DNA of 32,000 nt from Erysipelotrichaceae bacterium (lineage in GTDB: Bacteria > Bacillota_I > Bacilli_A > Erysipelotrichales > Erysipelotrichaceae), in assembly GCA_963676105.1 (NCBI GenBank), contig OY781039.1, positions 540,001 to 572,000 of the forward strand, read 5' to 3'. Below are positions 1 through 9,027 of the stretch, in pieces. Each line of letters opens with the position of its first letter. Within the stretch, counting starts at the first letter, position 1. The notes beneath the pieces are model-generated. The model was not told the origin of the DNA. It worked only from the letters and a program-made list of their open reading frames with translations, and ran no database searches. The translations under genes were made by a program, and so were the position numbers.

Positions 1-354
1 TTCTTTGAATCGTGTATCTGTGTGATATGGCGGATTAGAAATGACGACATCCACAACTTCGCTTTGATAATCCTGTAGTGCACAAAGTTTAAATTCAGCA
101 TTTAAACAGTTATTGAGCTTTGCATTTTCTTTTGCGAGTGCTATGGCTGATTCATCAATATCTAAACCAACAACCTTATCATCTGTTTGCACAGCTGCCG
201 CTAAGGCGAGTACACCATTGTTGGTCCCCACATCAATAACACAATCATGTTTTCGTATTTCCATGAAAGCCGCTAAATGATGCGTATCAGAGCTCATCTT
301 ATAACGTTTAGATTGTTTTATTTTAATAGGAGGTTGACTAAGATAATCAAACAT
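1..354 (-). CDS. SAM-dependent methyltransferase, N-terminal part (NPPY-type, TrmN6/YfiC-like); 3' end outside window
   Basis: Own minus-strand translation from ATG at 354..352: MFDYLSQPPIKIKQSKRYKMSSDTHHLAAFMEIRKHDCVIDVGTNNGVLALAAAVQTDDKVVGLDIDESAIALAKENAKLNNC...VVISNPPYH. It has a motif I-like DVGTNNG, an acidic LDID and motif IV NPPY. It is absent from the ORF track because it runs off the window edge. Its ATG abuts the TAA of the upstream kinase gene (TAAATG). Confidence 0.75.
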   Translation of the reverse strand, partial: MFDYLSQPPIKIKQSKRYKMSSDTHHLAAFMEIRKHDCVIDVGTNNGVLALAAAVQTDDKVVGLDIDESAIALAKENAKLNNCLNAEFKLCALQDYQSEVVDVVISNPPYHTDTRFKE

Positions 355-1791
355 TTATATCACCGTATCTGGTTTTAAAGCATAATTTAGTTCAAACCAG
401 AATGTAGACCCTTCATCAACTTTAGATATAACCCCAAAATGAGCGTCATGTTTTTTAAGTATGGCAGCTGAAATCGATAAACCTAAACCCGTTCCCGTTT
501 TATTACGACTATGATGTTTATCAATCTTATAATAACGATCCCAAATATAGGGTAAATCCTCTTCTGATATTCCAACGCCATGATCAATAACTTCAATTCT
601 GACATTATCTTGATTGGTTAATATTTGAAAAATGAGTTTTTTATCTTTACCAACAAACTTTATCGCATTGGTTATAAAGTTTATTAAAACTTGTCTAATA
701 CGATTAGAATCACCTAAAACTAAGACTTCTTCAGGTGTATAAACGACTGAATTAATTTTTTTATCATGTAATAGTGCATCAACTAAATCTAAACTTTGTC
801 TGAGTGTTTCAACAATATCAAACGGTTCGCTATTAAACGTCATGCTATTGGATTGAAGTTGCGTTAAGGTTGTCATATCTTGTGCTAAGTGATCTAAGTG
901 ATCAACTTCAGCTAAAATAACATCCAAATGCTCTTCTCGTTTAACATCATCTTTCCCCGATATATCACGTATCATTTCAGCATAAGCCTTAATCATCGTT
1001 AAAGGTGTTTTAATATCATGTGAAACATTCGCAATTAAATCACGCCTTAATTCTTCCATCTTTTTAAGTTCTACTGTAGTGTTATTTAAGGTATTGGCTA
1101 AATCAGTGATTTCCGTAAATTCACCTTCATCAAAGGTTACATCATAATTACCATCCGCTAACTTCAATGCACTTTTTTTCATCTTAACGATGGGGATAGA
1201 AATACGATTAGAAATCAGAAGTGAAACAATCGTAAACAAGATAAATACAATCGCGGTTACGACTAAGAATTGATTTTGCAAAATTGAAGTTGTGGAATCC
1301 ATAGGTAGTAAGGGTGAATTTAAATACACATAATAGTTTTCAAAACTCGATGAAATCTTTCGACCATAGATAACCATATCTTGATTGATGATGGAATTTA
1401 CTTCAGTAATTGAAAACTCGTTATGATCTGATGTATTAAGGGTTTCCTTATATTCATCTAAACGAAGTGGTAAAGTAATTGAGCGCTCATTCAATAAGCA
1501 ACCAACCCCAATCGCATCAACTTGATACAATAAATCCCCTTTTGAATTATAAACCAAACCACAAACATTATTTGATATCGCCGAATTTTGCATATGATAA
1601 TCAAAAGAGTTTGTTAGAATGCTAGATTCTATTTCATCTGCAACTTCTTTAACTTGTTCAATTTTCATATCCGTAAAAGAAGCACCTAAAAGCACCATTT
1701 GAAATAACCAAATCATGCCTAAAACACCTATGGTTAAGGTGACAAAATACAACCAAATTTTGAAACGCATGTTTCTAAAATCAAACTTCAA
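355..1791 (-). CDS. Sensor histidine kinase (two TM segments flanking an extracytoplasmic loop of ~140 aa, HAMP-like linker, HisKA, HATPase_c)
   Basis: H-box VSHDIKTPLTMIKAYAEM, N-box FITNAIKF, G-boxes VIDHGVGI and GTGLGLSI. Hydrophobic segments IWLYFVTLTIGVLGMIWLF and FLVVTAIVFILFTIVSLLI. Overlaps the upstream response-regulator gene by 11 nt; an alternative start at M8 (1770) is possible. Confidence 0.9.
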   Translation of the reverse strand: MKFDFRNMRFKIWLYFVTLTIGVLGMIWLFQMVLLGASFTDMKIEQVKEVADEIESSILTNSFDYHMQNSAISNNVCGLVYNSKGDLLYQVDAIGVGCLLNERSITLPLRLDEYKETLNTSDHNEFSITEVNSIINQDMVIYGRKISSSFENYYVYLNSPLLPMDSTTSILQNQFLVVTAIVFILFTIVSLLISNRISIPIVKMKKSALKLADGNYDVTFDEGEFTEITDLANTLNNTTVELKKMEELRRDLIANVSHDIKTPLTMIKAYAEMIRDISGKDDVKREEHLDVILAEVDHLDHLAQDMTTLTQLQSNSMTFNSEPFDIVETLRQSLDLVDALLHDKKINSVVYTPEEVLVLGDSNRIRQVLINFITNAIKFVGKDKKLIFQILTNQDNVRIEVIDHGVGISEEDLPYIWDRYYKIDKHHSRNKTGTGLGLSISAAILKKHDAHFGVISKVDEGSTFWFELNYALKPDTVI

Positions 1792-2443
1792 ATTTATACC
1801 CTGTTCCTCTAACGGTCACAATAAACTTACGATATTCACCTAGATTATGTCTTAGCATTTTGATATGAGTGTCTACAGTACGATCATCACCAAAATAATT
1901 ATAATTCCAAACATTCTCTAATAAGACTTCGCGATGAATCGCTGTATTTTTATTAATGATGAGATATAAAAGAAGATCAAATTCTTTTGGAGTTAATAGT
2001 ATTTTTTCTCCATCAACACTGACAACTCTCGCATCAACATTTACATTTAAACCTTCAAAGTCATAAGACGTTTGTGCTTTTTCAGTATTACGATCAATGA
2101 CAACATTAATACGGGCCATGAGTTCTTTAGGACTAAATGGTTTAACCACATAATCATCAACCCCAAGTTCAAAGCCTAATAATTTATCATATTCTTCATG
2201 ACGTGCTGACAACATGATGATAGGAACTCTGCGAATCTTACGCATTTCTCTACATGTACTATAGCCATCCATTCTTGGCATCATGATATCTAAGACAACG
2301 CAATCAAAATGACTTTCTTGAAAACGTTCAATCGCTTCCACACCATCATTGGCTTCCACGACATCATAACCAGATAAAATGGCATATTCTTTTACCACTT
2401 CACGAATTTTAACTTCATCATCAACGATTAATAATCTTGGCAT
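1781..2443 (-). CDS. OmpR-family response regulator (receiver + winged-helix)
   Basis: LLIVDDE...DCVVLDIMMPRMDG...KPF receiver motifs; C-terminal LLxNVWNY...TVDTHIKMLRHNL...RGTGYKF winged helix. I place the start at the second ATG (2443) because GGGAGAG lies 6-12 nt upstream of it. The ORF-track start at 2458 would itself sit inside that SD. Confidence 0.9.
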   Translation of the reverse strand: MPRLLIVDDEVKIREVVKEYAILSGYDVVEANDGVEAIERFQESHFDCVVLDIMMPRMDGYSTCREMRKIRRVPIIMLSARHEEYDKLLGFELGVDDYVVKPFSPKELMARINVVIDRNTEKAQTSYDFEGLNVNVDARVVSVDGEKILLTPKEFDLLLYLIINKNTAIHREVLLENVWNYNYFGDDRTVDTHIKMLRHNLGEYRKFIVTVRGTGYKFEV

Positions 2444-2461
2444 TTTACACTCTCCCATTTA

Positions 2462-5400
2462 TCATTCAAATTTTAGTATGTCTAATCGACGTGCGAGAAT
2501 TGACCCTTCTTTTTCGATAATTCCCTCTATCTTAAGAATACTTTGATTTTTCAAATCATTCAAAACTCTTTGGTATAAATTAGGCATAATGACCACATCC
2601 ATATCACCACTTTCATCATACCCTACAACGAAAGCCATCATATCCCCTTTTTTGGTTCGATGTGTTTTGATTTTTTTAACCATTAAGATTAAGGTTTGTG
2701 AGTGTGAAGATATCTGCACATTCGCACTATTTGTTTTTATATTTAATTTTTCTTTTATCTTAACAATCGGATGATCACTTAAATAAAAACCTAAGACAGC
2801 TCGTTCATTTTCTAAACGATCTAAATAAACATCTTTGACTTCTATCATTGGTAAGGGTTTAACCAGTTCTAGGTCAATTGTTGTTTGTTGACCTGGTTTT
2901 TTAACCATATCTGCATACGACAATGCATCATCTAAACTAGCTTTTAAACTATTACGAGAAGTTTTGAATTCATCTAAAGCACCCGCATCAATTAAAGCTT
3001 CAATATTCTTACGGTTCACTTTATGCATGGAAATACGCACTATAAAATCGTAATAGTCTTTAAATAAACCATTTTTTCTTTCAAGTAAGATGGCATTAAC
3101 CGCAACCGTTCCTAATCCTTTGATCATAATAAGCGGCAAACGAATGGATCCATTTTCCTCAACACTCCTATTTTCTGAGGCATTAATACTAGGTGATAGT
3201 ATTTTTATTTGATGTTGACGAGCTTCACTGATATATTCAAAACTCTTCGTTTCTGCACCCATGACTGAATTAAGTAAGGCAATATAAAAGTCTAATGGAT
3301 AATTTGCTTTTAAATATGCCATTTGATAAGCAATTAAGCCATAGGCAACGCTATGCGATTTATTAAAGCCATAATTTGCAAATTTTAAAATCAATTCAAA
3401 CAATTCAAGGGCTAAATTTTCTGTATAACCTTTAGTTAAACAACCTGCCACAAAATCTTTCTTTAAGTTTTCGAGTATTTCCAGATTTTTCTTACTCATG
3501 GCTTTACGCATGACATCCGCTTTCGCTAATGAAAAACCTGCCATGACTTGGGCAACCTGCATAATTTGTTCTTGATAGATTAAAATACCTGAAGTCGATT
3601 CTAAAATAGGTTTTAAATCAGGATGTAGATAATGAATTTTATTAGGATTAGCACGTGCTGCTAAATACGTTGGAATATTTTCCATAGGACCAGGTCTAAA
3701 TAAAGCAATGGTTGCGACAATATCTTCAAAACGTGTCACTTTCATGCGCTCTAATAACTTCTTCATACCTTCAGATTCAAGTTGGAAGATACCAACCGTA
3801 TCAACACGTTTGATTAAATCTAATGTTTTTTGATCTTTCAAATCAATTTTTAATATATTGAAATCAGTTTGTCCTTTAGACTTGAGCGATTGAACAACTT
3901 CATCAATGATGGTTAAATTACGTAATCCTAAAAAGTCCATTTTAATGAGGCCTAAAGCCTCTAAATGTTCCATTGTATATTGCGTTGACAACATATCTTG
4001 TTCAATTTGTATCAGTGGCACCACTTCATTTAAATCCACTGAACTCATCACAATCCCTGCAGCATGCGTTGATACATGACGTGGTAAGCCTTCAAGTTTT
4101 AAAGCTAATTCATACAGCTTTCTTAAGTCATCTTTAGAATGAATGAGTTGAGAAAAAGCTTTTGATTGAGCATATGCCTTCTCTAAAGTCATTTTAGGAA
4201 CAGATGGGACAGCTTTGCTTAAGGCATTAAGATCATATTGATTTATTTCTAAGACCTTCCCTACATCACGTAAGACTTGTTTAGCCGCAAGGGTACCAAA
4301 AGTTGAAATATGGGCGACATGCTGTTGTCCATATTTTTCTAAAACATAGGCTAAGACCTCATCACGACGATTATCTGGAAAATCGGTATCAATATCAGGC
4401 ATTGAAATACGATCAGGGTTTAAAAATCGCTCAAATAACAAACCATATTCAATTGGATCAACATGGGTAATCCCTAAACTATAGGAAACAAGCGAACCTG
4501 CGGCAGATCCACGTCCTGGACCAACATAAATTCCCTGCGTTTTCGCATAACGAATAAAGTCCCAAACGATAAGAAAATAATCTTCATAATTCATGGAAAA
4601 AATAACATCTAATTCATGTTTAAGACGATGACGATATTCACCATTATCAATCTTGCCTTCTAATCGTTTATTTAATCCAGCTAAGCAAAGTTGTGTTAAA
4701 TATTGTTTAGAACTTAAGTTTTCAGGACAATCAAACTTGGGTAAAAACGTAGAACTGGGTAATTCAAAATTTTCGATTGTTGCTTCAATGACTTCAGTCA
4801 TCTCACAACTTTCTGAATCATAAAGAGATGAGAATTCATCTTGATCTAAAAAGTATCGGTACTTTTCTACTTTTGATGAAGCATCATTTAAATTCAGCCC
4901 TTTATCAATACCAAGTAATATTGTACTTAGTTCAACATCCTCAGCCTTCGCATAATAGACTTTAGGAAATGCGAGTGATTCAATTTCCAAAGATTTTAAA
5001 CGTTCCTTCATTTTTTGATTTGATTTTTGCCAATAAGCATTCTCTTGATATGAGAGGCCATAATAAACGTTTTCTAGCTGTGATTTTACTTGATCAGCTA
5101 TTTGTATGATTTGTTCATTTGATTGATTATAGATGGCTTCTTCAAACACACCGCCCAAATTATGGATGATACAAATGATATCTGTATTCCCTTTTAAATC
5201 ACTTAGCTGAATACTTTGATTTGAGTTAACAAGTGATGATAGTTTTAAAAGTGTTTTAAAGCCATTTAGATTCTTAGCTAAAAAAGTATAGGTCGAACTT
5301 AAACCATTGAGACTACACTGTGTTTCTAAGCCGATAATTGCTTTTAAGCCATGTTTTTTTGTCAGTCTTAAAAATTCAGGTACACCATGCATGATATTTA

Positions 5401-5518
5401 AATCTGTCAAAGCAACCGATTCATACCCTAAACTTTTCGCCGTTAAAACGAGTGTTTCTACACTCATCGTGGATTTTAATAATGAATACGCTGAACGCGC
5501 GTGTAAGTGTGTCAACAT
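2462..5518 (-). CDS. dnaE: DNA polymerase III alpha subunit, DnaE type
   Basis: N-terminal PHP start MLTHLHARSAYSLLKS, then GPGRGSAAGSLVSYSLGITHVDP, PDIDTDF, FQLES.GM and FRPGPM motifs. The 26-codon N-terminal extension in the ORF track is hydrophobic junk reaching toward the IS end. The ATG at 5518 gives the family-typical start. Confidence 0.95.
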   Translation of the reverse strand: MLTHLHARSAYSLLKSTMSVETLVLTAKSLGYESVALTDLNIMHGVPEFLRLTKKHGLKAIIGLETQCSLNGLSSTYTFLAKNLNGFKTLLKLSSLVNSNQSIQLSDLKGNTDIICIIHNLGGVFEEAIYNQSNEQIIQIADQVKSQLENVYYGLSYQENAYWQKSNQKMKERLKSLEIESLAFPKVYYAKAEDVELSTILLGIDKGLNLNDASSKVEKYRYFLDQDEFSSLYDSESCEMTEVIEATIENFELPSSTFLPKFDCPENLSSKQYLTQLCLAGLNKRLEGKIDNGEYRHRLKHELDVIFSMNYEDYFLIVWDFIRYAKTQGIYVGPGRGSAAGSLVSYSLGITHVDPIEYGLLFERFLNPDRISMPDIDTDFPDNRRDEVLAYVLEKYGQQHVAHISTFGTLAAKQVLRDVGKVLEINQYDLNALSKAVPSVPKMTLEKAYAQSKAFSQLIHSKDDLRKLYELALKLEGLPRHVSTHAAGIVMSSVDLNEVVPLIQIEQDMLSTQYTMEHLEALGLIKMDFLGLRNLTIIDEVVQSLKSKGQTDFNILKIDLKDQKTLDLIKRVDTVGIFQLESEGMKKLLERMKVTRFEDIVATIALFRPGPMENIPTYLAARANPNKIHYLHPDLKPILESTSGILIYQEQIMQVAQVMAGFSLAKADVMRKAMSKKNLEILENLKKDFVAGCLTKGYTENLALELFELILKFANYGFNKSHSVAYGLIAYQMAYLKANYPLDFYIALLNSVMGAETKSFEYISEARQHQIKILSPSINASENRSVEENGSIRLPLIMIKGLGTVAVNAILLERKNGLFKDYYDFIVRISMHKVNRKNIEALIDAGALDEFKTSRNSLKASLDDALSYADMVKKPGQQTTIDLELVKPLPMIEVKDVYLDRLENERAVLGFYLSDHPIVKIKEKLNIKTNSANVQISSHSQTLILMVKKIKTHRTKKGDMMAFVVGYDESGDMDVVIMPNLYQRVLNDLKNQSILKIEGIIEKEGSILARRLDILKFE

Positions 5519-5537
5519 AACTAAACGTATTATACCA
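5519..5537 (-). promoter_or_regulatory. Candidate extended -10 promoter of dnaE (TGgTATAAT) with a very short or absent leader
   Basis: The minus strand reads cgcctgttttattttatTGgTATAATacgtttagttATG. The -10 hexamer is at 5529..5534 and TG at 5536..5537. Only 10 nt separate the -10 from the ATG, with no Shine-Dalgarno. Confidence 0.5.
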
Positions 5538-5557
5538 ATAAAATAAAACAGGCGTGA

Positions 5558-5585
5558 TGATAAGATCCCTCCAAAGTAGACAATG
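5558..5585 (+). repeat. IS left terminal inverted repeat
   Basis: TGATAAGATCCCTCCAAAGTAGACAATG compared with the reverse complement of 7322..7349, TGATGCGACCCCTGTCAAGTAGACAGTG. Confidence 0.75.
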
Positions 5586-5619
5586 CAAATATGCAAAGTT
5601 GAAAGGAGGGATTTTTTAT

Positions 5620-6333
5620 ATGGGACGTAAGAATAAATATAGTCCTGAAATTAAAGTAGAAATAGTAAAAACTTTTTTAAGAGGTGAAAAATCAGTGAAC
5701 CAACTAGGATTTGAATTTAATGTTCGAGCTTACACGGTTCGTCAATGGATACATAGTTATCAAAAATATGGCAGAGAAATTTTTGAAGATAAAGAACGAA
5801 ACAAACGCTATACAAAAGAACTAAAAGATAATGTCATACACGAATATCTTAACGGCGTTGATTCCTTAGAAGGATTGCGTATTAAGTATCAAATATCATC
5901 CCATTCCATCATATTAAATTGGCTTAGAAAGTATAATAACCATATAGAACTGAAGGACTATGATCCTAAGGGAGATGTTTATATGGCTGGAAGAAGGAAG
6001 ACAAATTTAGCAGAGCGGGTTGAAATTGTAGAGTATTGTCTCAAACACAATCGTGAATTTAAAAAGGCAGCTGAAGTTTATCAAGTGTCGTATTCTCAAG
6101 TTTATCAATGGGTGAAGAAATATGAACTTGAAGGACAAGATGGTTTACTTGATCGACGTGGTAAACGAAAACTAGAAGATAGTTTAAGTGAAGTTGAAAA
6201 GCTGCAGAAGAAGATAGATCAACTCGAGAAACAATTAGAACTTAAAGAGAATGAGAACACACTCTTAAAAAAAGTGAAGGAATTCGAAAGGAGGCGGTAT
6301 TCAGTCAAGTTAGACAAGAAGCGAAATACTTAG
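5620..6333 (+). CDS. IS3-family transposase OrfA (HTH DNA-binding domains + leucine-zipper-like coiled coil)
   Basis: GAAAGGAGGG at 5601..5610 precedes the ATG at 5620 (MGRKNKYSPEIKVEIV...). Two helix-turn-helix-like segments (SVNQLGFEFNVRAYTVRQW and FKKAAEVYQVSYSQVYQWVKKY). Heptad-like EVEKLQKKIDQLEKQLELKENENTLLKKV. ORF-track codons 5554..5619 lie in or before the IR and are rejected. Confidence 0.9.
   Translation: MGRKNKYSPEIKVEIVKTFLRGEKSVNQLGFEFNVRAYTVRQWIHSYQKYGREIFEDKERNKRYTKELKDNVIHEYLNGVDSLEGLRIKYQISSHSIILNWLRKYNNHIELKDYDPKGDVYMAGRRKTNLAERVEIVEYCLKHNREFKKAAEVYQVSYSQVYQWVKKYELEGQDGLLDRRGKRKLEDSLSEVEKLQKKIDQLEKQLELKENENTLLKKVKEFERRRYSVKLDKKRNT
6267..6273 (+). promoter_or_regulatory. 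Programmed -1 ribosomal frameshift slippery run A_AAA_AAA(G)
   Basis: In the orfA frame the codons are tt A AAA AAA G. The -1 frame opens just after a TGA at 6252..6254 and stays open through 6273..6377 (KKSEGIRKEAVFSQVRQEAKYLAIQSCQRDYHWSIHW) into the ATG at 6378. orfB is in the -1 frame relative to orfA (5620 mod 3 = 1; 6378 mod 3 = 0). Confidence 0.8.
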
Positions 6334-6377
6334 CCATACAAAGCTGTCAAAGAGATTATCACTGGAGTATACATTGG

Positions 6378-7277
6378 ATGTGTCAGGTATTAGAGATACC
6401 GAGATCTAGTTACTATAAGTGGTTAAAACGCACTGAAACAGCACAAGAGAAGGAAAACCAACAAATTGCACAATGGATACTTGAGTATGATGAAATATTC
6501 GATCATATCTATGGTTATCGACGTATGACAATAGCCATTAATCGATTGAATCATAAAAATTATAATCAAAAACGTGTTCGTCGTATGATGCGACTATTAG
6601 GGATAAAATCCGTCATACGTAAAAAGAAGAATAACTATCATAAGTCAGAACCTGAGATTACTGCTGAGAATATCTTAGCGAGAGATTTCTTCGCTAGTGC
6701 ACCTAATCAAAAGTGGGTCACAGACGTAACTGAGTTTAAAGATCGACATACAAAACAGAAACTCTATTTAAGTGCCATCTTAGATTTATATGATCGAAGT
6801 ATCGTTGCGTATGAGATAAGTGGACGTAATAATAATCAACTTGTATTCAACACTTTTGAGAAAGCAATGAGTCTTAATCCAGGTGCGAAACCACTGTTTC
6901 ATTCAGATAGAGGATTCCAATATACAAGTAAAGTATTCAAATATAAGTTAGAAACAAATGGATTGACACAAAGCATGTCTAGAGTTGGCCGCTGTATCGA
7001 TAATGGACCGATTGAAGGTTTCTGGGGCATTATTAAATCAGAGATGTATCATCATCATAAATATGAAAACCTACAAGATTTAAACCAAGCTATTCATAAA
7101 TATATGTCCTTCTACAATCATCAAAGATTTCAAAGCAGATTCAATAATCAAACACCTATTGAAGTTAGAGAAGCAGCTTTAAATAGTCAGGTCATTCCAC
7201 AATACCCAATTAAACCAAATAATCGAATCATAAAATACTATGAAACCATAAAACAAAATCAAGAAATAAGAAACTAA
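6378..7277 (+). CDS. IS3-family transposase OrfB (DDE integrase core), normally made as an OrfAB fusion by -1 frameshift at 6267..6273
   Basis: KWVTDVTEF (first D), HSDRGFQYTS (second D), DNGPIEGFWGIIKSE (E), followed by a C-terminal YNHQRFQSRFNNQTPIE tail typical of rve-type transposases. Confidence 0.92.
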   Translation: MCQVLEIPRSSYYKWLKRTETAQEKENQQIAQWILEYDEIFDHIYGYRRMTIAINRLNHKNYNQKRVRRMMRLLGIKSVIRKKKNNYHKSEPEITAENILARDFFASAPNQKWVTDVTEFKDRHTKQKLYLSAILDLYDRSIVAYEISGRNNNQLVFNTFEKAMSLNPGAKPLFHSDRGFQYTSKVFKYKLETNGLTQSMSRVGRCIDNGPIEGFWGIIKSEMYHHHKYENLQDLNQAIHKYMSFYNHQRFQSRFNNQTPIEVREAALNSQVIPQYPIKPNNRIIKYYETIKQNQEIRN

Positions 7278-7321
7278 AAAAGATGACCCATTTTCTGGAT
7301 CATCTAATCTTTACTTATTTC

Positions 7322-7349
7322 CACTGTCTACTTGACAGGGGTCGCATCA
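7322..7349 (-). repeat. IS right terminal inverted repeat
   Basis: See the left IR; 21/28 matches, including the block AAGTAGACA and the terminal TGAT. Confidence 0.75.
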
Positions 7350-7359
7350 TGATGCCTGT

Positions 7360-9027
7360 TTAGTAATCTATTCCTAAATTATCAAATGCTTCAAGACTTG
7401 TCGTTTCACCTGTATCAAGTCCTGCTTTATATCTAACGAGATCTTCTTCGTTCGAGAAAATGAGTTCTAAGAAGGTTGAACCTTCTACTTCATAGATATT
7501 TGAATCATCACTAAATCGTACAAAGTAATGACTTGTGCCATTTTCAACCACAATCTTAAGATCAATTAATGAGGCTTCAATCCAAGGTGCATCACTTTCA
7601 ACTTCATCCACTAAACCTTTTGTGCTTAAAAGATTGGTGTAGAGTTTTAATGTTTCATTTATGGTATCACCCACACCTACTAAAGAGTAATCAGCGACAT
7701 TAACCATCGCATATTGTTTAATTAAACCTTCTGCATCTTTAAGTGACATAAAATAGGTCGGAACAGATTGAATATTTAATAGAACTGGGAACGTCGCTTG
7801 ATAACCTAGATCCTGAACTTGTCCAGCTGCAGAATTCATCGCAGAAACTTCATCCGCACCACCAATCTTAAAATATGATGCTTCTTTTGTGCGTAGATTA
7901 ATTAAGGCAAATCCGACAATTGAACGATCAGATCCGACTGATGTCATACCAGAAAACATATAGGTTTGACTATCAATGTTGACATAGTTATAGCCATCTG
8001 TGGTTTGAATCATATCTCTTTGACCTAACATTGTATTAATAAATCCATTGACATAATAACCCCAGTTATCAATTTGTGCCCAAGCAATACTTGCAGGTTG
8101 TGCACGATCAATCCAACGTGGCATATCTTCAATTGCATATTTTTCCATATCGCCACTTACTGCATCAACCACGATAACCGCAACAGTATCAAATCCACTA
8201 AACCAACCAATTTCTGGTTCAACCACACTAATGACATAGAATGGATGCCCTTCATCATCGATTTCAAAACTAAAGTCTTGTAGAATTTCAGTGCGATAAG
8301 AAAAACGAACATGACGGAGTAAATCTTGTGAGAAGAAAGCAGATGGTGAATAGCTAATGCCTTGTTCTAACTCAATTAAATCAACATCATTGGCATCGGT
8401 CACATTAACTTTAATATAACCAGGAATCCCTTCATTTCGATTTTGCCACCACTTAATAAAATCTTGATATTCAAGTGGTGAAACACGATAGATTTCATTA
8501 CTTGATGAAACTAAAGTGTAATCTGAATTAATATTAAATTGAGATCCTAAACCTTGAACATTTCCAATTTTCTTGTCCCCTAATCGTTGTGCACTTGCCC
8601 AATCAATCAGTGGGATTTGAGATAATTGAACCTTATCAAAGGCATCATCAAAATTAGTCGTCTCAACAATTTCAATTTGATCTCTAAATTTATTAGCGTT
8701 TAATGGCTCAGATCCTAAAATATTTAATACAATCATCGCGGCAAATAATAAAGCCGCCATGCTAAATGGTATTTTTGTGAAGCTAGTAAATGATTGTGTA
8801 AACACCGCCATTAAAAAGCCAAATAGTGCTAAGTATGCAATTAACAGAATAATAAAACCTTGGTCATGAAAGTTATAAGCTGGTAAAGAAACATAATCAA
8901 TAGCTAAAGCAACGAGTCCAACGAATATTAAACTGCTGACTAATGCCCCGCCAGTATTTCTCTTTTTCTTAGCTTTTGGCATTTCAAATTGTTGGAATTG
9001 TTTTAAGAACTCATTGAGTGGATTCAT
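7360..9027 (-). CDS. Polytopic membrane protein with a large extracytoplasmic C-terminal domain, function unknown
   Basis: 555 aa with AAGGAG 8 nt upstream of the ATG. About 3-4 N-terminal hydrophobic helices (ALVSSLIFVGLVALAIDYV, FIILLIAYLALFGFLMAVF, FSMAALLFAAMIVLNIL), then ~440 aa of soluble sequence. No family motif that I can name. Overlaps the nrnA 3' end by 17 nt. Confidence 0.7.
   Translation of the reverse strand: MNPLNEFLKQFQQFEMPKAKKKRNTGGALVSSLIFVGLVALAIDYVSLPAYNFHDQGFIILLIAYLALFGFLMAVFTQSFTSFTKIPFSMAALLFAAMIVLNILGSEPLNANKFRDQIEIVETTNFDDAFDKVQLSQIPLIDWASAQRLGDKKIGNVQGLGSQFNINSDYTLVSSSNEIYRVSPLEYQDFIKWWQNRNEGIPGYIKVNVTDANDVDLIELEQGISYSPSAFFSQDLLRHVRFSYRTEILQDFSFEIDDEGHPFYVISVVEPEIGWFSGFDTVAVIVVDAVSGDMEKYAIEDMPRWIDRAQPASIAWAQIDNWGYYVNGFINTMLGQRDMIQTTDGYNYVNIDSQTYMFSGMTSVGSDRSIVGFALINLRTKEASYFKIGGADEVSAMNSAAGQVQDLGYQATFPVLLNIQSVPTYFMSLKDAEGLIKQYAMVNVADYSLVGVGDTINETLKLYTNLLSTKGLVDEVESDAPWIEASLIDLKIVVENGTSHYFVRFSDDSNIYEVEGSTFLELIFSNEEDLVRYKAGLDTGETTSLEAFDNLGIDY

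Larger units (their letters stand above)
5558..7349 (+). mobile_element. IS3-family insertion sequence (orfA/orfB with -1 frameshift), apparently intact
   Basis: TG...CA termini. 28-bp imperfect terminal inverted repeats (21/28 identical). 3-bp direct repeat TGA at 5555..5557 and 7350..7352. Two overlapping transposase frames with an A7 slippery run. DDE motifs in orfB. Boundaries could shift by 3 nt because TGATGAT is internally repetitive. Confidence 0.85.

Noticed and set aside
1-354. NPPY methyltransferase as part of a restriction-modification or defence system
   Set aside because: No endonuclease, specificity subunit or other defence gene is adjacent. It is tightly coupled to housekeeping genes, and its N-terminus resembles tRNA/rRNA-type small MTases. 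Its downstream neighbour is outside the window, so this is not fully excluded.
2589-2774. 61-aa plus-strand ORF inside dnaE. The same applies to 5307..5546, 8074..8283, 10587..10787, 12408..12611, 12615..12797, 16682..16873, 22203..22400, 25877..26062 and 31271..31525.
   Set aside because: All are embedded antisense or out of frame within long ORFs that carry unambiguous family motifs. They have low-complexity or hydrophobic translations typical of AT-rich shadow frames, with no SD or promoter context.
5519-5596. 26-codon N-terminal extension of dnaE (ORF-track start at 5596). Similar extensions exist for ackA (11167..11190), IS orfA (5554..5619) and the response regulator (2444..2458).
   Set aside because: The extensions are not family-like. 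For dnaE the extension crosses the promoter and the IS end. In the other three cases the downstream ATG is preceded by a strong SD, and all four downstream ATGs reproduce the canonical N-terminus.
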